Below are positions 19,370 through 32,393 of a stretch of 64,000 nucleotides of DNA, in pieces (within the stretch, counting starts at the first letter, position 1; each line of letters begins with the position of its first letter). The translations under genes were made by a program, and so were the position numbers. The notes under the pieces were generated by a model. The model saw nothing but the letters and a program-made list of their open reading frames with translations. It did not search any database and was not told where the DNA came from. The DNA comes from Cyclobacteriaceae bacterium (lineage in GTDB: Bacteria; Bacteroidota; Bacteroidia; Cytophagales; Cyclobacteriaceae): contig JAYVTC010000131.1 of NCBI GenBank assembly GCA_043774745.1, positions 20,476-84,475 of the forward strand. The letters are read 5' to 3'.

Positions 19370-20254
19370 TTAAAAAGAAACATGCACATGTCGCTCCGCA
19401 TGATAGCTTGAGCGCACCAGCGGACCAGATTCTACGTATTTCAATCCGCGCTTCAATCCTTCTTCTTTATACATGGCAAATACATCGGGGTGTATAAACT
19501 CAGCAACTTCCAAATGCATTTTGGTGGGTTGCAGATATTGACCGAGTGTGAGAATCATTAACCCATTATCAACCAAGTCATCCATAGCGTTAAAAACTTC
19601 TTCTTTGGTTTCACCAATGCCTAACATAATTCCAGACTTTGTTCTCTTACCTGCTTCCCGCGTTCTCTTGATTTGCTCAAGACTACGTTCATATTTGGCT
19701 TGTGGCCTTACCATCCTATACAATCTTCCTACGGTTTCCATGTTATGAGAAACTACTTCTTGCCCACCCTCAATCATGTGATACAAGGCATCCCAATTTC
19801 CTTTTGTGTCGGGTATTAATGTTTCAATAGTTGTGTGTGGGCTTGCTACTTTGGTTTGCACTACAGTCTGGTACCAGATTTCAGCACCACGATCTTTTAA
19901 TTCATCGCGGTTTACTGAAGTGATGACTGCGTGTTTTACTCCCATGAGTTTGATTGCTTCTGCTACGCGGGCAGGTTCGTCTGTATCATACTCAGCCGGC
20001 CGTCCTGTAGCTACAGCACAAAATGTGCAACTGCGTGTGCAAACATTTCCTAAGATCATGAAGGTTGCCGTACCTTCACCCCAGCATTCGCCCATGTTAG
20101 GGCAATTGCCACTTTCGCAAATGGTGTGAAGTTTATGTTCGTCAACCAATTTGCGCACCTTCGCATACTCAGGCCCAATGGGCAACTTTACACGAAGCCA
20201 ATCTGGTTTACGTCTTTTTGTTTCTTCTTTTGATATAACAGGTAACTCAATCAT
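19370..20254 (-). CDS. lipA: lipoyl synthase
   Basis: Radical-SAM CTRSCTFC plus the N-terminal auxiliary cluster context [12 protein letters not shown]. Confidence 0.95.
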   Translation of the reverse strand: MIELPVISKEETKRRKPDWLRVKLPIGPEYAKVRKLVDEHKLHTICESGNCPNMGECWGEGTATFMILGNVCTRSCTFCAVATGRPAEYDTDEPARVAEAIKLMGVKHAVITSVNRDELKDRGAEIWYQTVVQTKVASPHTTIETLIPDTKGNWDALYHMIEGGQEVVSHNMETVGRLYRMVRPQAKYERSLEQIKRTREAGKRTKSGIMLGIGETKEEVFNAMDDLVDNGLMILTLGQYLQPTKMHLEVAEFIHPDVFAMYKEEGLKRGLKYVESGPLVRSSYHAERHVHVSF

Positions 20255-20323
20255 TCTTTAGTAGTTAGTACTTTAGCCCCGAGTCCATTTTTATTCGACT
20301 CATTACTCAAGACTATAAACTAT

Positions 20324-20704
20324 TTACTTGCCAATAAGTTCCTTGTATTGGTCGGCAGAAAGAAGGTCACTTACTTCGCCAGCGTTGCTGATGGAAACCT
20401 TAACCATCCAGCCTTCACCGTAAGGATCATTGTTTACTTTTTGAGGAGTGCTCTCTAATGATTTATTGAACTCAGTTACTTTTCCGCTCACGGGCATGTA
20501 TAGATCTGAAACAGTCTTAACGGCTTCTACGGTACCAAATACTTCGTGTTGTTTCACGTCCTGGCCAACAGAAGAAATATCGACATACACAATGTCACCT
20601 AATTCATTTTGAGCGAAATCGGTGATACCAATGGTGACAAAGTCGCCTTCAATTTTGATCCATTCGTGGTCTTTGGTGTACTTAAGGTCTTGAGGGATAT
20701 TCAT
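20324..20704 (-). CDS. gcvH: glycine cleavage system H protein
   Basis: [16 protein letters not shown] start with lipoyl-lysine context VEAVKTVSD. The track start at 20728 adds 8 residues that are probably not translated. Confidence 0.9.
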   Translation of the reverse strand: MNIPQDLKYTKDHEWIKIEGDFVTIGITDFAQNELGDIVYVDISSVGQDVKQHEVFGTVEAVKTVSDLYMPVSGKVTEFNKSLESTPQKVNNDPYGEGWMVKVSISNAGEVSDLLSADQYKELIGK

Positions 20705-20747
20705 ATCATGGAATAATTTAAGGCTCAAAAATAGTGAAACCCTTGTT

Positions 20748-23700
20748 CTATTGGGCCAAATTAAATATGATTTTTATCCCCCCTCGTGTGGTGGATCTGC
20801 GGAATGAATTGGTTACCAGTGGCTCATTTACGGTTCGTTCCAGATATCCCTGAATTCTTAATTTTTGATTGATGAGATAACTCACGTTGGGGCGAAGCTG
20901 AAAGTTAACATTACCATTTGTGATGGTGTTCACCTCATCAATTTTTCGCTGGATAGTTCGGTTATTGGCGATGCTCATATTCAGCTGAAAGGTAACGTCA
21001 TTCTTTAATGTAATAACCCTACCATTGTCTTTGAAAGGTAGTTTCATATTCACTTTGGTATAGCCCACATCAATAGACCAATCTTTACTATTCAATTCAG
21101 TGATTTGCGAGTTTGAAATATTGAGCGCCAGGTCACGTTTTGTTTTGTATTCAAAACGAACATTGAGTTTGCTTTTGGTGCGGAAGTTCACACCAACCAA
21201 GGGCGCAAATTGTTCGCTGATCATCACCTGACTGATTACATACACTGGAATCAATTCACCTTTTGAGTTTGTCTCTGATGCAAACTGACCATTGTTATAG
21301 TCTTCTATGGGCGTGCTGATTCCCACATCGGTATACTCCATTGAATTGGTGTAATTCACTACCGAGAAGGTAGAACTATAAGCATGGTTCAGTGTAATGG
21401 ATTGGAAAACATCTTTAAGTCCCTCCAGTTTGTTTAATCCAGAGTAATCAATTCGCCAGTTAGGAAACGGAATAGCTGGGAACGGAGAGAGGTTAACCGT
21501 TTCAGCAGATTTCCCTGTGTAAGCTGCAATGAATGCGGGTATCAACACATCCTGTGAGCGTGTCTCATAAGAATTACCTGTGATGGAAGTAAATCGCTGT
21601 TGCAGCGCACCTATATTTTCTGAGAATTGATTGAAGACAGTGGAGTTAACACTTCCATTATTTTTAAATGCGGTGTTGATGGAGAGAATTGAAATTTTAT
21701 AGGAACCCATTCTGCTCGGGCTAAGTGATTCATAGGCACTACCTGTAGAATCTATCCGGAAGATCTCCTGAAAGGAGGTAGTTGAATTCTTTTTTACGTC
21801 AAGTTGAATTTTGAAAGAAGCCGATGGTTCTATGCTCGCGCGCATGCTCATGTCTTTCGTTTGCACCTGACTAAATGGAGTGGTTAGCTTATCACTTTTT
21901 GAAAGCCAACCATTGGCTGCCGCTTTTTTCTGAAAGTCAGATTCCTGCTGACCAAGTACAAATCCCCAGCCAGGGGCATTCCAACCTTTGTCCATTCCAA
22001 AAAGATATGGAGTAGGCGTAAAGCCAGGAAGAATAGTACCCTGCGAAAGCGTATAGGTGCCGGTAATATTTCGAATCGACATAATGAGTCGCAACAATGA
22101 TTTAACTACTTTTAATTCTGGTGGCCGCTTCACCGTGTCAGGTTGCGTGGGCTTTTGTTGTGTAGACATAGAGCTTGTTCGTGCTGGCGTATTGATTTTT
22201 TTCAGGAAGCCGATTTTGTTATACAGCTTTACCATATCAATTTTTCCGTTCAAGCCTTGCTCTTGTGCGTTTTGAATAATGTTGCCCAGTCGAAGGCTGT
22301 CGACTTTTTCCAATGGACCGGCCCTCCAGTTATAACTTACATTGTAACGATATTCTGCTCCCAACCAATCAACCAAAGGAATTTTATCGAAGGGAAGTGT
22401 ATAATTGGCAGTGATGTTTTGATTAAAATTTTTCATGCGGCCAAAATTCTTCAGATTCTCAATCACGATTTTGACTGAGTCTTCATGATCAAGATCACCA
22501 TCAGGTTCGTCAATAATGGCATTGGCTTGTGCGCTGTAATCCAATGTAAGAGCCTTGCTTAAGCTCCACCTCACGTTATACGATCGGTTGAATACAAAGA
22601 ATTTTTGAAAGTTAGGTATTGAGCTTGCCGCATCTGTATTGGCGTTGCGGTAAATCATTTTACTGAAGGAGCGATCTAAATCACCGCGAATAGAAATATT
22701 GGATGGCAGTGGATTGAAATTGAAATCCTTAATTAATTTCCAGGCTGGCGAAGACAATGCTTTTGAATCTTTGAAAGGTTCAAAGCCTTTGAACTTGGGT
22801 GAATATTGCCAGGCTACTGCACCTTTGTAATTTCGTCTGGTGTTTTCCTGCAAGTTGAAATTAGTTTGTGTTGCCTCGCTATATGCGTAGGTGAATGAAA
22901 AATTCTCGATGTCATAGATATGCGAGCGGGCATCCTTATTTAATTTCACTTTTCGTACGTTGGAGAAATTTAAACTTCGCCTGACGGATTGATCTTGGAT
23001 AATTTTAAGATACGCCTCTCGCTCCGCATCTGTATTGAACGATTTTAATGCAGCCTGCAGTCGTAAGTCCGGATTGGCCGGATCATAGTTAGGATTGATC
23101 GTAGTATTCTCATAGCTGATGAACATAGGAATCTTCAACCCGGTCCATTGCGGTAGTAACTTATCAACATTGATGTTGGCCGAGATATCATACGAAGTGG
23201 TTTCACCACGAGCACGCTCAGAAATTTTTGATTGAGCGCCACCATATCCAAAACTGATATGTCGTAATGATCCGGTAACAGTACCTAAATCGGCAAGCTT
23301 GGTATTCAATACGACATTCGTTGCCCAGCCTGCGGTGCGATCAAAATCGGTAAGGCGCAATTCATTGGCCCAAAGACAAACATCAAATGCTTTGGCATCA
23401 TCGCTTCGGGGGTTGCGCACACCAATCATCATCATGCGCACTTGACTAAGATCAGGTCTTCCTAATATTCTTATTCCATGTTTATCAACCATACTTGGTC
23501 CTTCTTGTGGATACAAAATCCCTAAATTATAACCTTCCCGATCGCGTTGTGCTTTCAAGGCATATAGCTCATTCAAGTCTAAATCAATTTGATTTTGGTC
23601 TGGCCAGATAATCGAAATATCACGACCGTTATCTCCGGGTGGGGTGATTTTCAGCGGCAATTCAATCTCATAATAGTTTTCATCAAAGTCTGTTCCCAGG

Positions 23701-26700
23701 CGAACAAATGCTGTGAGTTGATTGTCCTGTAAGTTGTTTTGGAGATTGGTAGCGTGGGCACTCAAAAACATTTTAAGTCGACCATAATTAAAAAAGTCCA
23801 TCGATACGTTTTTGAAGATAGAACGTGCGTCTCCATCGGGCAATTCATTTACACAAAGTTGAACAGATTGTTCATTTAGCCTTCGTTGCGTTACGGAAGT
23901 ATTATCACGATCGCGTCTTAGGGGTTCTACATAGGCAGGTTTTACGTCATTACCTTTTCCATTTTCTTCTACGTTCACAACCGACACAGCAAAGTTATCC
24001 AGGTTGGGTTCAATAGGTTCGCCAAATCGTGACTCTTGCAGGTTGCCGGTGTAGCGCCTCCAACGATTGCCCACAGCACGGAATTTTGACATGCGCAGAA
24101 CAACGGGTTGTGTAAACCCGGTTAAGTACATGCGTGCATAGCGAATTGATTTAAATCCTTCCAGGTTTCCTACTTTTTCATCAAAGCCCCTTACGGGAAT
24201 ACGGAAAAGATACCAGGTCACCTCGTCACCATTTACGGTGTTTGTAACTTTATCTACAATGAATCTATTTCCTACCTGAAGTGTATTTGGCTTCAAATCG
24301 ATGTTGTAGGTGTAGTATTCTTCTAAATCACTTAGCGTATTATCTTGATTTAGATCTTCATTTTCAGGAATGGTTGTGCCTGATTGCGCAAAATCTTCGT
24401 TACCGGATGATACCGGAGTGTTATTTTCATGATTGTTATAGTTTTTATACCGCTCAAGAATCTTGGCATCTTCTTGATCAAACTCTGCACTTAAAAAGTA
24501 TTTAAAATCATCCGCAGAAGGATCTTGCAATGCAATTGTTTGTGCCGAAGGATCAGTAATCTTATTTAAGAAATCGTTCCTGAACTTATCTGCTTCCTTA
24601 GTGCTTCCAACGCCATCCAGACCTACATCCTGATTAGGCCTCGAAGTGGCATTATTATCAAACGCGTTATTGAGGTATTGCTGATTTGTGACATAACCCC
24701 AATTGTTTTCTGTTATGTTTGCTGGTGAGAGGTCTCCATCGGTGGGCAAGCCATTTTCAAAGGCGTGCTTGCCATCGCGCATCAGGTCTTCTGACAAACT
24801 GCCTAAATGAAATACTACCTTACCGCCAGTGGTGTTTGGTTGTGAAGTTTTTCCATCATTGATTTCACCATTTTTAGAATTTATGAATGGATCCATCAAC
24901 CAGAACTCCAGATACTCCACATTGGCTTTGTCAAAATCAACTTCGGTGCGGATAGCCGTTGTGATGCCACCCCAGTTACTGGCAGGATCTCTTAATGTTC
25001 CATCGGAATTAAGGTCAAAGTTATAATTGTAAGGACCGCGCTCAGCGGGATAATAAGCCAAATCAAAAATCTGTTCGTAAAAATTTCCTATATAAGGGTC
25101 GAAGTATGGGAAGATTTCCTTTGGTGGCACTGGCCTCACATAGTGATTCTCTAAATCTTTTTCAGTGATATTGTCCGGTTTATATTTAGTACCACTACCC
25201 GTGCGATAAAAAAGATTATCAATAGTGTACCAGGCCAACTTGGCTCTTTTATAACCTGCCCGGGTGTCATTAGGTGATCCAAGGCTTTGATCAAATCGGT
25301 TATCGCTTGTCTTGGGAGTTGTTGAAAGTTTCCATGAAGCTGGAGAAAGCAGGCTGTAAGGAGTAGCGGTATTTTCAAAGTCATCGATAAATGAAGTGCC
25401 ATCACCATCAACAATATTTGAAGTGCCGGGAAGAAGCTGGGCGAATTCTGCATTGAGTGTTACCGTAGATTGTTCTTTGGTTTGCAAGAACGGAAGCGCA
25501 TCAACTGCCTTGGTAAGCAAACGTGAATTTTTTCTCAAGTTCAGATCCAATCCATACTGCAGGTTTCGGGCAGGTTCCGTTCCTATAAGGTTACGGCTGA
25601 TGAGAGGACGCTCGTTGTAATAAAGAAGCGTTGAACCAATGTTAATATCATCACTGAGTTTGTAATCCAGTCTGGTTCCAAGCAACGATCGCGTTTGGAA
25701 AGCGAATGGATCTTGCTGCTCGTACGTAATATCGATGTCCTTACCCGAACTGAGGATACCTTCATTTAAAATAGTGACCTTACCAAAAGTATAATCTACC
25801 GTGTAGTCTGTTCCTTCACGCAAAGGAGAACCACCCGCATATACTTTCACCGAGCCTTGCGAAATATTAAATCCTTGTATAATGATATCTTTTCCTGAGC
25901 CGGCTTTAAAAGAACCAGTCAGATAGAATTTATTTTTTGTTGCAAATAATTCAGCTTCAGCTTTGGTCGTGCGATAGAGTGTGTCATACACATATTTGTT
26001 TATCAACTGATCGCGAACGGTTGGATTTGTTTCTTTAGCAAAAAGGTTTCGCAAGGCTTTGTTGAATGGCTCCAGATAGGGAAAGATAATTAATCCGGTT
26101 TCGGTGTTCACCGTAATTTTTTCTACAAAGTCAAAGTTGCCATCGGGTTGCGGATCGTTGTATGGATTGAGTCGATCCAAACCTAACACTTGTATCAACT
26201 GCTGTGTGCGGGCGTATTCTCCTTCCTGCAATTGCGGATTATCAATACCGGTGCGGTCATCACGATAAATTACGCGAAGCTGAAATCCTTCACGGGTGAG
26301 TTGACTCACGTTCAGGTTGTAGATGTTTTTCATCATCAGATTCCACGTAGGGTAAATTTTTCCTTTCGAATCTTTGATGCTGATCTTGCGTGGCCTGAGC
26401 AATTTTAAATAGACAACTTCATCTTCAGGCTTATTGGCATATTCTTCGGTTAATTCTCCTACTTTATAAACTCTCCCGTTGTAGGTGTATTCAAAAGCAA
26501 TGGCAAGGGCTTCATCATTTTGCAACTTGCGTTGAAGGGTGAGGTAGCCAAGTTCTTTGTTAAATGTGAATTCAGTAGGCGAAAGTTTTCTGGCACTGGT
26601 AATTTTTTCAAAGTCGGTACCATTCACAAGTCCTAGTCCTTCCAGTGCTTGATTGATTCCGTCTGAGTTAGCGGAGATGGTAGTTAATTTATCAGGCAGG

Positions 26701-27911
26701 TTATTGGCAGTGTTTGAAGTTGGCGAACGGGGTGCAACATTAGAAGTAAAAAGATCTTTGCGGTAAATCTTATCGGACTCACCCATATCCATAAAGCCGA
26801 CTACGTTGCGCAGCGTTTGTGTGTCATTCTGGCGATTGAGCAGATACACTTCTACCCGAGTAACGTTTATTCCCGAAGTAATTTGAGGAAGCGTGCCTAA
26901 CCATGTTTCAAAATTATCGCGGAAGAATTGACCTAAGAAGAAGTGGCGGTTCTCATCATAGTTTGACCCTACAATTTCAAAGGGTCTGCCTTGTGCTGCT
27001 CCGTTAGTACTACCTGCCACTTTAATGGATGATTGCTTGCCTCGTTGTGTGGTGGCAATGGTCGTGACAAATAATTTTCCAAACTGCATCTGCGCCTTCA
27101 CACCAAACAGATTTTGTGAGCCCGTGATTAAACTGTTGTTTAATGGCAAACTCACATTACCGATTTCTAATTTTTTGAGAATGTCTTCCTTGAAGCCGGT
27201 GTATTCCACCTTCATGTTGTTTTGAAAGTCGAATGAGTTGTTGTTATCGAAGTTGGTGGTGACGGATAATTTTTCTCCCACTTTGCCCACGACACTTAGG
27301 TTGATCTGCTGATCGAATTCAAAACCTCCGTTTCGTTGCTGGCGAATGGGGATGGCCGGGTTTTCAATTTTTTGGAATTGTGCGCCAAAGTCTAAATTCA
27401 CAAAACCACGAGGAATCAACTCTACATAACTTCCACCAAAAATCCGGTCGAGTACCGGACTGATGTAGATTTTAGGGATTAGGTTTCTGCCACTTACAGC
27501 ACTTTCGCCATCCAGTGCTTTGCTTCGGCTTTGCCAATAACTTCGTTTGATGATTCGATCCTGCTGTTGGTTAAATTCCTCAAACGACATGCTTGAGTTT
27601 GGTCGGTAATAAACTCCTCCGATCTTTTCAGAAATGGTATAGTTCCTTCCTGTATCAATGGCGATTTCAGCAGCAATGTTTTTAGGATCTTTAAGATATA
27701 AAGGTGAAAACGTTGTGTAGTTCGAAAAGGGATCGCCATAGCGATCGCGCAAACGGAAAGATGGCCTGTAAGGACTTTTGATTTTGGTAGTATCTATCTG
27801 GGTGCGCACGGTATCGCTCTGCTGGCCAAAGGCTGCAGGAGCGGACAAGCCTATGGTCAGGCAAAAAATCAGTCCGAGGATGAACTTAATCTTCCGGTTA
27901 GATCTACTCAA
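20748..27911 (-). CDS. sprA: T9SS translocon / gliding motility protein SprA
   Basis: Single 2387-aa ORF with a signal peptide and beta-rich composition. The size and the ruvA-sprA-gcvH neighbourhood match Bacteroidota SprA as I recall it. Confidence 0.9.
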   Translation of the reverse strand: MSRSNRKIKFILGLIFCLTIGLSAPAAFGQQSDTVRTQIDTTKIKSPYRPSFRLRDRYGDPFSNYTTFSPLYLKDPKNIAAEIAIDTGRNYTISEKIGGVYYRPNSSMSFEEFNQQQDRIIKRSYWQSRSKALDGESAVSGRNLIPKIYISPVLDRIFGGSYVELIPRGFVNLDFGAQFQKIENPAIPIRQQRNGGFEFDQQINLSVVGKVGEKLSVTTNFDNNNSFDFQNNMKVEYTGFKEDILKKLEIGNVSLPLNNSLITGSQNLFGVKAQMQFGKLFVTTIATTQRGKQSSIKVAGSTNGAAQGRPFEIVGSNYDENRHFFLGQFFRDNFETWLGTLPQITSGINVTRVEVYLLNRQNDTQTLRNVVGFMDMGESDKIYRKDLFTSNVAPRSPTSNTANNLPDKLTTISANSDGINQALEGLGLVNGTDFEKITSARKLSPTEFTFNKELGYLTLQRKLQNDEALAIAFEYTYNGRVYKVGELTEEYANKPEDEVVYLKLLRPRKISIKDSKGKIYPTWNLMMKNIYNLNVSQLTREGFQLRVIYRDDRTGIDNPQLQEGEYARTQQLIQVLGLDRLNPYNDPQPDGNFDFVEKITVNTETGLIIFPYLEPFNKALRNLFAKETNPTVRDQLINKYVYDTLYRTTKAEAELFATKNKFYLTGSFKAGSGKDIIIQGFNISQGSVKVYAGGSPLREGTDYTVDYTFGKVTILNEGILSSGKDIDITYEQQDPFAFQTRSLLGTRLDYKLSDDINIGSTLLYYNERPLISRNLIGTEPARNLQYGLDLNLRKNSRLLTKAVDALPFLQTKEQSTVTLNAEFAQLLPGTSNIVDGDGTSFIDDFENTATPYSLLSPASWKLSTTPKTSDNRFDQSLGSPNDTRAGYKRAKLAWYTIDNLFYRTGSGTKYKPDNITEKDLENHYVRPVPPKEIFPYFDPYIGNFYEQIFDLAYYPAERGPYNYNFDLNSDGTLRDPASNWGGITTAIRTEVDFDKANVEYLEFWLMDPFINSKNGEINDGKTSQPNTTGGKVVFHLGSLSEDLMRDGKHAFENGLPTDGDLSPANITENNWGYVTNQQYLNNAFDNNATSRPNQDVGLDGVGSTKEADKFRNDFLNKITDPSAQTIALQDPSADDFKYFLSAEFDQEDAKILERYKNYNNHENNTPVSSGNEDFAQSGTTIPENEDLNQDNTLSDLEEYYTYNIDLKPNTLQVGNRFIVDKVTNTVNGDEVTWYLFRIPVRGFDEKVGNLEGFKSIRYARMYLTGFTQPVVLRMSKFRAVGNRWRRYTGNLQESRFGEPIEPNLDNFAVSVVNVEENGKGNDVKPAYVEPLRRDRDNTSVTQRRLNEQSVQLCVNELPDGDARSIFKNVSMDFFNYGRLKMFLSAHATNLQNNLQDNQLTAFVRLGTDFDENYYEIELPLKITPPGDNGRDISIIWPDQNQIDLDLNELYALKAQRDREGYNLGILYPQEGPSMVDKHGIRILGRPDLSQVRMMMIGVRNPRSDDAKAFDVCLWANELRLTDFDRTAGWATNVVLNTKLADLGTVTGSLRHISFGYGGAQSKISERARGETTSYDISANINVDKLLPQWTGLKIPMFISYENTTINPNYDPANPDLRLQAALKSFNTDAEREAYLKIIQDQSVRRSLNFSNVRKVKLNKDARSHIYDIENFSFTYAYSEATQTNFNLQENTRRNYKGAVAWQYSPKFKGFEPFKDSKALSSPAWKLIKDFNFNPLPSNISIRGDLDRSFSKMIYRNANTDAASSIPNFQKFFVFNRSYNVRWSLSKALTLDYSAQANAIIDEPDGDLDHEDSVKIVIENLKNFGRMKNFNQNITANYTLPFDKIPLVDWLGAEYRYNVSYNWRAGPLEKVDSLRLGNIIQNAQEQGLNGKIDMVKLYNKIGFLKKINTPARTSSMSTQQKPTQPDTVKRPPELKVVKSLLRLIMSIRNITGTYTLSQGTILPGFTPTPYLFGMDKGWNAPGWGFVLGQQESDFQKKAAANGWLSKSDKLTTPFSQVQTKDMSMRASIEPSASFKIQLDVKKNSTTSFQEIFRIDSTGSAYESLSPSRMGSYKISILSINTAFKNNGSVNSTVFNQFSENIGALQQRFTSITGNSYETRSQDVLIPAFIAAYTGKSAETVNLSPFPAIPFPNWRIDYSGLNKLEGLKDVFQSITLNHAYSSTFSVVNYTNSMEYTDVGISTPIEDYNNGQFASETNSKGELIPVYVISQVMISEQFAPLVGVNFRTKSKLNVRFEYKTKRDLALNISNSQITELNSKDWSIDVGYTKVNMKLPFKDNGRVITLKNDVTFQLNMSIANNRTIQRKIDEVNTITNGNVNFQLRPNVSYLINQKLRIQGYLERTVNEPLVTNSFRRSTTRGGIKIIFNLAQ

Positions 27912-27918
27912 TCGTGGT

Positions 27919-28509
27919 TCAGGCGTTTTTTAGTGCTTGCTTTACCAGCTCTTCTAAACTTATTGATGTACCCATCCTTTTTAGAATGGTATCTATGCTC
28001 CTCTCCGCTGCCGGTTTGGCGATGCCAAGCGTCACCAAGGCAGTTAACGCCTCGCGTCTCACGGTATTGTGTACCATTCCGATTTTCCCAGGCTCTTCGT
28101 CCCCCAAGTCTTTCTTCAGTTTATCCTTCAATTCAAGAATGATCCGTTGGGCAGTCTTTCCGCCAATTCCTTTCACTGCCTGAAGGGCTGAGGCATCTTC
28201 GCGCACAATGGCAGATCTCAAATCGGCAGGTGGCAAATAGGAAAGCACCACCAATGCCGTATTAGGGCCAACCCCATTCACGGAAATCAGCTGGAGAAAC
28301 ATTTGTTTTTCAGCTTCGCTTACAAAACCATACAGGATATGAGCATCTTCACGCACGTGCAGGTACGTGTATATTTTCAGATCCTCGCGGTCTTTGATTT
28401 CCGAAAAGGTGTGAAGTGAGATGCTCACCTGGTAGCCCACTCCGTTCACTTCAATCTGAACTAATGTTGGCTCCTTATGGACGAGCTTTCCTTTTAAATA
28501 GGCGATCAT
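27919..28509 (-). CDS. ruvA: Holliday junction branch migration complex subunit RuvA
   Basis: MIAYLKGKL...VNGVGYQV N-terminus and the HhH region ISVNGVGPNTAL...VKGIGGKTAQRI. Confidence 0.9.
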   Translation of the reverse strand: MIAYLKGKLVHKEPTLVQIEVNGVGYQVSISLHTFSEIKDREDLKIYTYLHVREDAHILYGFVSEAEKQMFLQLISVNGVGPNTALVVLSYLPPADLRSAIVREDASALQAVKGIGGKTAQRIILELKDKLKKDLGDEEPGKIGMVHNTVRREALTALVTLGIAKPAAERSIDTILKRMGTSISLEELVKQALKNA

Positions 28510-28856
28510 GAAAGCTTAAAAAATTAAATGCAGTTTACGAGGATTTGGGTTTGGAAACAAGGGTTTTGAAGACTGAATGGAACCACTAAAAGATTCGAAT
28601 TTGAGAGCTACTGAACTTAGTTTGTAGATGCTCGTTGGATTTTTTTTATAGATACTCTAATCCCGATTTATACGGTAAGCAAGGTATTGCTTCAAAAAAA
28701 ATTATACAGATATGTGGGGACTGACATCATCAAAAAATCTTGCTATTGATTTAGACAACAACAACACGTTGCTAACCCAACCAATCGTCAATTAATTCGG
28801 GTTGAAGCTCTGGGCTACACAATATTGTTTTTCTCGAATTTTATTTAAATGATCAC

Positions 28857-31136
28857 TTACAAGTGATCATTCTTCTCATGTAACTGGGCATCCACCACGG
28901 CAATGGCGGCCATGTTAATGATGTCGCGAATAGAACTACCTAGTTGAAGAATGTGCACCGGTTTTTTCATTCCTAACAAAATTGGTCCGATAGCTTCGGC
29001 TCCACCAATCTCCATTAACAACTTGTAAGCAATATTGGCTGATGCCAGATTCGGGAAGATCAATGTATTCGCACCTTTTTCTGCCAACGCACTAAATGGA
29101 TAAATCTCTTTTTGAAGTTCGGTATCAAAAGCCACGTTGGCTTGAATTTCTCCATCCAAAATCAAATCAGGATATTTTGCTTTGGCCAACTTCACAGCAT
29201 CGCGTGTCTTCGTTGGAATTTCTCCTTTACTTGATCCAAAGTTTGAGTATGAAAGCACTGCAACGCGTGGTTCCATATCAAAGAACTTAACTCCTCTTCC
29301 GGCCAGTCCGATAATCTCAACCAGTTCTTCTGTGTTAGGATCCTGGTTTACGGTGCAATCCGCAAAGAAGAAAGTTCCTTTCTTGTTCATGATGATATAC
29401 ATGCCGGCAACGCGATTCACGCCTTCGGCCATGCCAATAATTTGCAGTGATGGCAAAATGGTTTTGGGATAATCTTTAGTGAGACCAGAAATCAATGCAT
29501 CGGCTTCACCGAATTCAACCATCATCGCGCCAAACGCATTGCGGTCGCGCATTACTCTTTCTGCATCTTTGAGCGTAATACCTTTGCGTTGTCTTTTTTG
29601 GTGATAGGCTTTCGCATATCGTGCCGTGAGTTCCTTTTCTTCCCGGGGATCTATGATTTTACAATCATGTAACTCAAGACTATGTTCGCTACAAAGTCTT
29701 TCTATTTCTTCGCGACTACCCAGTAAAATTGGACGAGCAATTCTTTCATCCTGCAATATCTGGGCAGCTTTCAAGATTTTTAAATGATCAGCCTCAGCAA
29801 ATACAATGTATTTTGGTTTTTGCTTCGCAATATCAATAACGCGTGAAGTAAGTTTTTGATCAATACCAATGCGCTTGAGTAGTTGTTGATGATAGGCACC
29901 CCAATCGGTTATTGGATTTTTTGCTATACCGGAATCCATCGCAGCTTTTGCTACTGCCGGTGAAACCGTGGTGATCAATCGTGGATCTAACGGTTTTGGA
30001 ATTAAATAATCTCTTCCAAATTCAATGCGATCAATATTGTATGCTTGAAAAACCACATCCGGTACAGGCTCTTTAGTCAATTCGGCCAATGCATGCACCG
30101 CAGCGAGTTTCATCGCTTCATTAATTTCGGTAGCGCGCACATCCAATGCGCCTCTGAAAATGTAAGGGAAACCTAATACGTTGTTGATCTGGTTAGGATG
30201 ATCTGAGCGGCCTGTGCCCATGATTAAATCTGGCCTCGTTCTTTTTGCCAGATCATAAGCAATTTCAGGGTTGGGGTTGGCCAATGCAAATACTATGGGA
30301 TCTTTTGCCATGGCAAGCACGTCTTCAGGTGTCAGACAATCAGCAATAGAAAGACCAACAAATACATCACAACCCTTAACGGCCTCTTGTAATGTTTTTA
30401 TCTTTCGTGTGGTGGCAAATTGTTTTTTACTCTCATCCAGATTTTCGCGTTCCATGTTGATCACACCTTTGCTATCGCACATGATCAGGTTTTCTTTTTT
30501 CAGGCCCAGTGCGAAATAAAGTTTAGTACATGATACGGCCGCAGCACCAGCACCATTTACGACCAACACAATCTCTTCAATTTTCTTTCCTACAATTTCA
30601 AGAGCACTTAATAAAGCGGCACTCGAAATGATAGCGGTACCGTGCTGATCATCATGCATGATGGGGATGTTCATCATCTCACGCAGCTCCGTTTCAATTT
30701 TGAAACACTCGGGTGCTTTGATGTCCTCCAGATTTATGCCGCCAAATGTTGGCTCCAGTGATTTTACGATTTTGATAAAAGCATCAGGATCTTTTTCATT
30801 GATCTCGATATCGAAACTATCGATGCCCGCATATTTTTTAAACAGTACTGCTTTCCCTTCCATCACTGGCTTGGATGCTTCTGGACCAATGTCACCTAAT
30901 CCTAATACGGCAGTGCCATTGGTGATCACGGCCACGAGGTTGCCTTTGGAAGTATATTTATAAACGTCTTCTATGTTTGCCGCAATTTCTTTGCATGGTT
31001 CAGCTACGCCAGGCGAGTAGGCTAATGCTAAATCATGTTGAGTGCTGAGCATTTTGGTCGGCACTACTTCAATCTTACCGGGTTGTCCTTGTGTGTGATA
31101 ATTGAGGGCGTCCTGCTTGCGAATTTTGGTAGACAT
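28857..31136 (-). CDS. maeB: NADP-dependent malic enzyme (malic enzyme plus PTA-like domain)
   Basis: ALNYH...GKIEV...[11 protein letters not shown]-terminus and a C-terminal phosphate-acetyltransferase-like half. Start taken at MSTKIRKQ (31136). Confidence 0.9.
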   Translation of the reverse strand: MSTKIRKQDALNYHTQGQPGKIEVVPTKMLSTQHDLALAYSPGVAEPCKEIAANIEDVYKYTSKGNLVAVITNGTAVLGLGDIGPEASKPVMEGKAVLFKKYAGIDSFDIEINEKDPDAFIKIVKSLEPTFGGINLEDIKAPECFKIETELREMMNIPIMHDDQHGTAIISSAALLSALEIVGKKIEEIVLVVNGAGAAAVSCTKLYFALGLKKENLIMCDSKGVINMERENLDESKKQFATTRKIKTLQEAVKGCDVFVGLSIADCLTPEDVLAMAKDPIVFALANPNPEIAYDLAKRTRPDLIMGTGRSDHPNQINNVLGFPYIFRGALDVRATEINEAMKLAAVHALAELTKEPVPDVVFQAYNIDRIEFGRDYLIPKPLDPRLITTVSPAVAKAAMDSGIAKNPITDWGAYHQQLLKRIGIDQKLTSRVIDIAKQKPKYIVFAEADHLKILKAAQILQDERIARPILLGSREEIERLCSEHSLELHDCKIIDPREEKELTARYAKAYHQKRQRKGITLKDAERVMRDRNAFGAMMVEFGEADALISGLTKDYPKTILPSLQIIGMAEGVNRVAGMYIIMNKKGTFFFADCTVNQDPNTEELVEIIGLAGRGVKFFDMEPRVAVLSYSNFGSSKGEIPTKTRDAVKLAKAKYPDLILDGEIQANVAFDTELQKEIYPFSALAEKGANTLIFPNLASANIAYKLLMEIGGAEAIGPILLGMKKPVHILQLGSSIRDIINMAAIAVVDAQLHEKNDHL

Positions 31137-31241
31137 GTGAACAGTTTTAGATTCTTGTGGTGAAAGCAAGATACTACCTAAGTAATAAGATTACGAATTT
31201 TAAAAAGGAAATATCCTTTAAAAAAGAATGACTTTAGTTAG

Positions 31242-32330
31242 TTATTTAGCCTGGGCGGGAAGCTCCGAACTGATCTTAAACGTGTAAAGGATGGTCTCCA
31301 GTTCGCGCATGATTTCACGCTGATCTTTGCCAGGGCTGAAGGTGAATCCTTCAATGTAATAAATCATGCCTTTCGGTTGATCTACCAGTGTGTATGAAAG
31401 AAAAGGACCACCCATTACAAAATTATTAGTTCTCCAGAGGCCTCGCATTTCTACTGCAAACTTTTTATGAAATGAAATTTCTTTGGTGAGCACAGGTTTA
31501 TGTTCAACGTTTGTTTCAGTCACCAAATACGTATCTGATCTTTCAGGATCTCCGTATAAATATTTCTGACAAATCTCATCACGCCAGTTGATCAAACTGT
31601 CTCGTTTAAATTGTTCCTGTGAAGTATATTTTTTTCTGGAAATAAAAATATCCTTATCATCTTTTGGATTGATTTGCCTCACCCAAAGAAATTCTTCATT
31701 GTTCATCACTAGTTGATAACCAAAAGGAACTTTCATTTCGCATTGAAAATCCTTTCTCAATATCCGTGATACATTTTTTAGTTGGTTTGATTTATAAAGT
31801 GAAGTAGTAAGTCGTTCCTGCTCTTTTAAGTCAAAGTATCCGATGAGTTTCTTTCCGTTTTTGCGAACGTGTTGTATGAGTTGTTTTTCGGTGTTGCTAA
31901 AAAGATAAAGTACTTCCTGTCCTTTTGAAAAAACGTTTTGATCATTTTGACTAAAAAAATCTGGGTTGGCCCGAATTTGATCCAATGATTCTTTAGTAAA
32001 AACTTTTTTCACTACACTGGCACCTGGAGATCGTTGGTCTAGTGTAACAGCAAATATTAAGTTTCTTCTTTGCTTCAGTACAAAATTTAATTTGCGCGGA
32101 TCAATCCAGCGCATTTTGTAGATTGGTTCTGCTCTTGGCAAGCCCTCCATTTGGGCACTAAAAAGTGAGTCCAGTACTGTGCCAAGCGGACCTTTCCATT
32201 GAGTAGAGTCCATGATCAGGAAAATGTCACCAGTTAATCCTGATGCTTGTGGAATATTAGTGTTTTTTGAATCTGAGCAAGAGCTAAGTATAAGTACAGA
32301 TAGGAAGAAGAGACTAAAAATGTATTTCAT
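31242..32330 (-). CDS. conserved lipoprotein of unknown function (DUF4837-like)
   Basis: MKYIFSLFFLSVLILSSC lipoprotein signal. The DUF assignment is from memory and is uncertain. Confidence 0.45.
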   Translation of the reverse strand: MKYIFSLFFLSVLILSSCSDSKNTNIPQASGLTGDIFLIMDSTQWKGPLGTVLDSLFSAQMEGLPRAEPIYKMRWIDPRKLNFVLKQRRNLIFAVTLDQRSPGASVVKKVFTKESLDQIRANPDFFSQNDQNVFSKGQEVLYLFSNTEKQLIQHVRKNGKKLIGYFDLKEQERLTTSLYKSNQLKNVSRILRKDFQCEMKVPFGYQLVMNNEEFLWVRQINPKDDKDIFISRKKYTSQEQFKRDSLINWRDEICQKYLYGDPERSDTYLVTETNVEHKPVLTKEISFHKKFAVEMRGLWRTNNFVMGGPFLSYTLVDQPKGMIYYIEGFTFSPGKDQREIMRELETILYTFKISSELPAQAK

Positions 32331-32393
32331 GAAGTAATTGTATATGATGTCTTTATAATTCACACTCCATGAAATGGTCACAAAAACTTTTCG

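Noticed and set aside
22057-27739. About a dozen 60-111-aa ORFs listed inside the sprA locus, on the plus strand or in alternative minus-strand frames
   Set aside because: All are embedded in a continuous 2387-aa ORF with a clear identity. They are short, of odd composition, and show no motifs.
28677-28701. Hairpin AAGCAA-GGTA-TTGCTT followed by CA8 in the ruvA/maeB spacer, considered as a terminator or sRNA
   Set aside because: The run of A follows the stem on the plus strand, so the U-run precedes the stem on the minus strand where the genes lie. Neither orientation makes a functional intrinsic terminator, and I could not define any other RNA motif.
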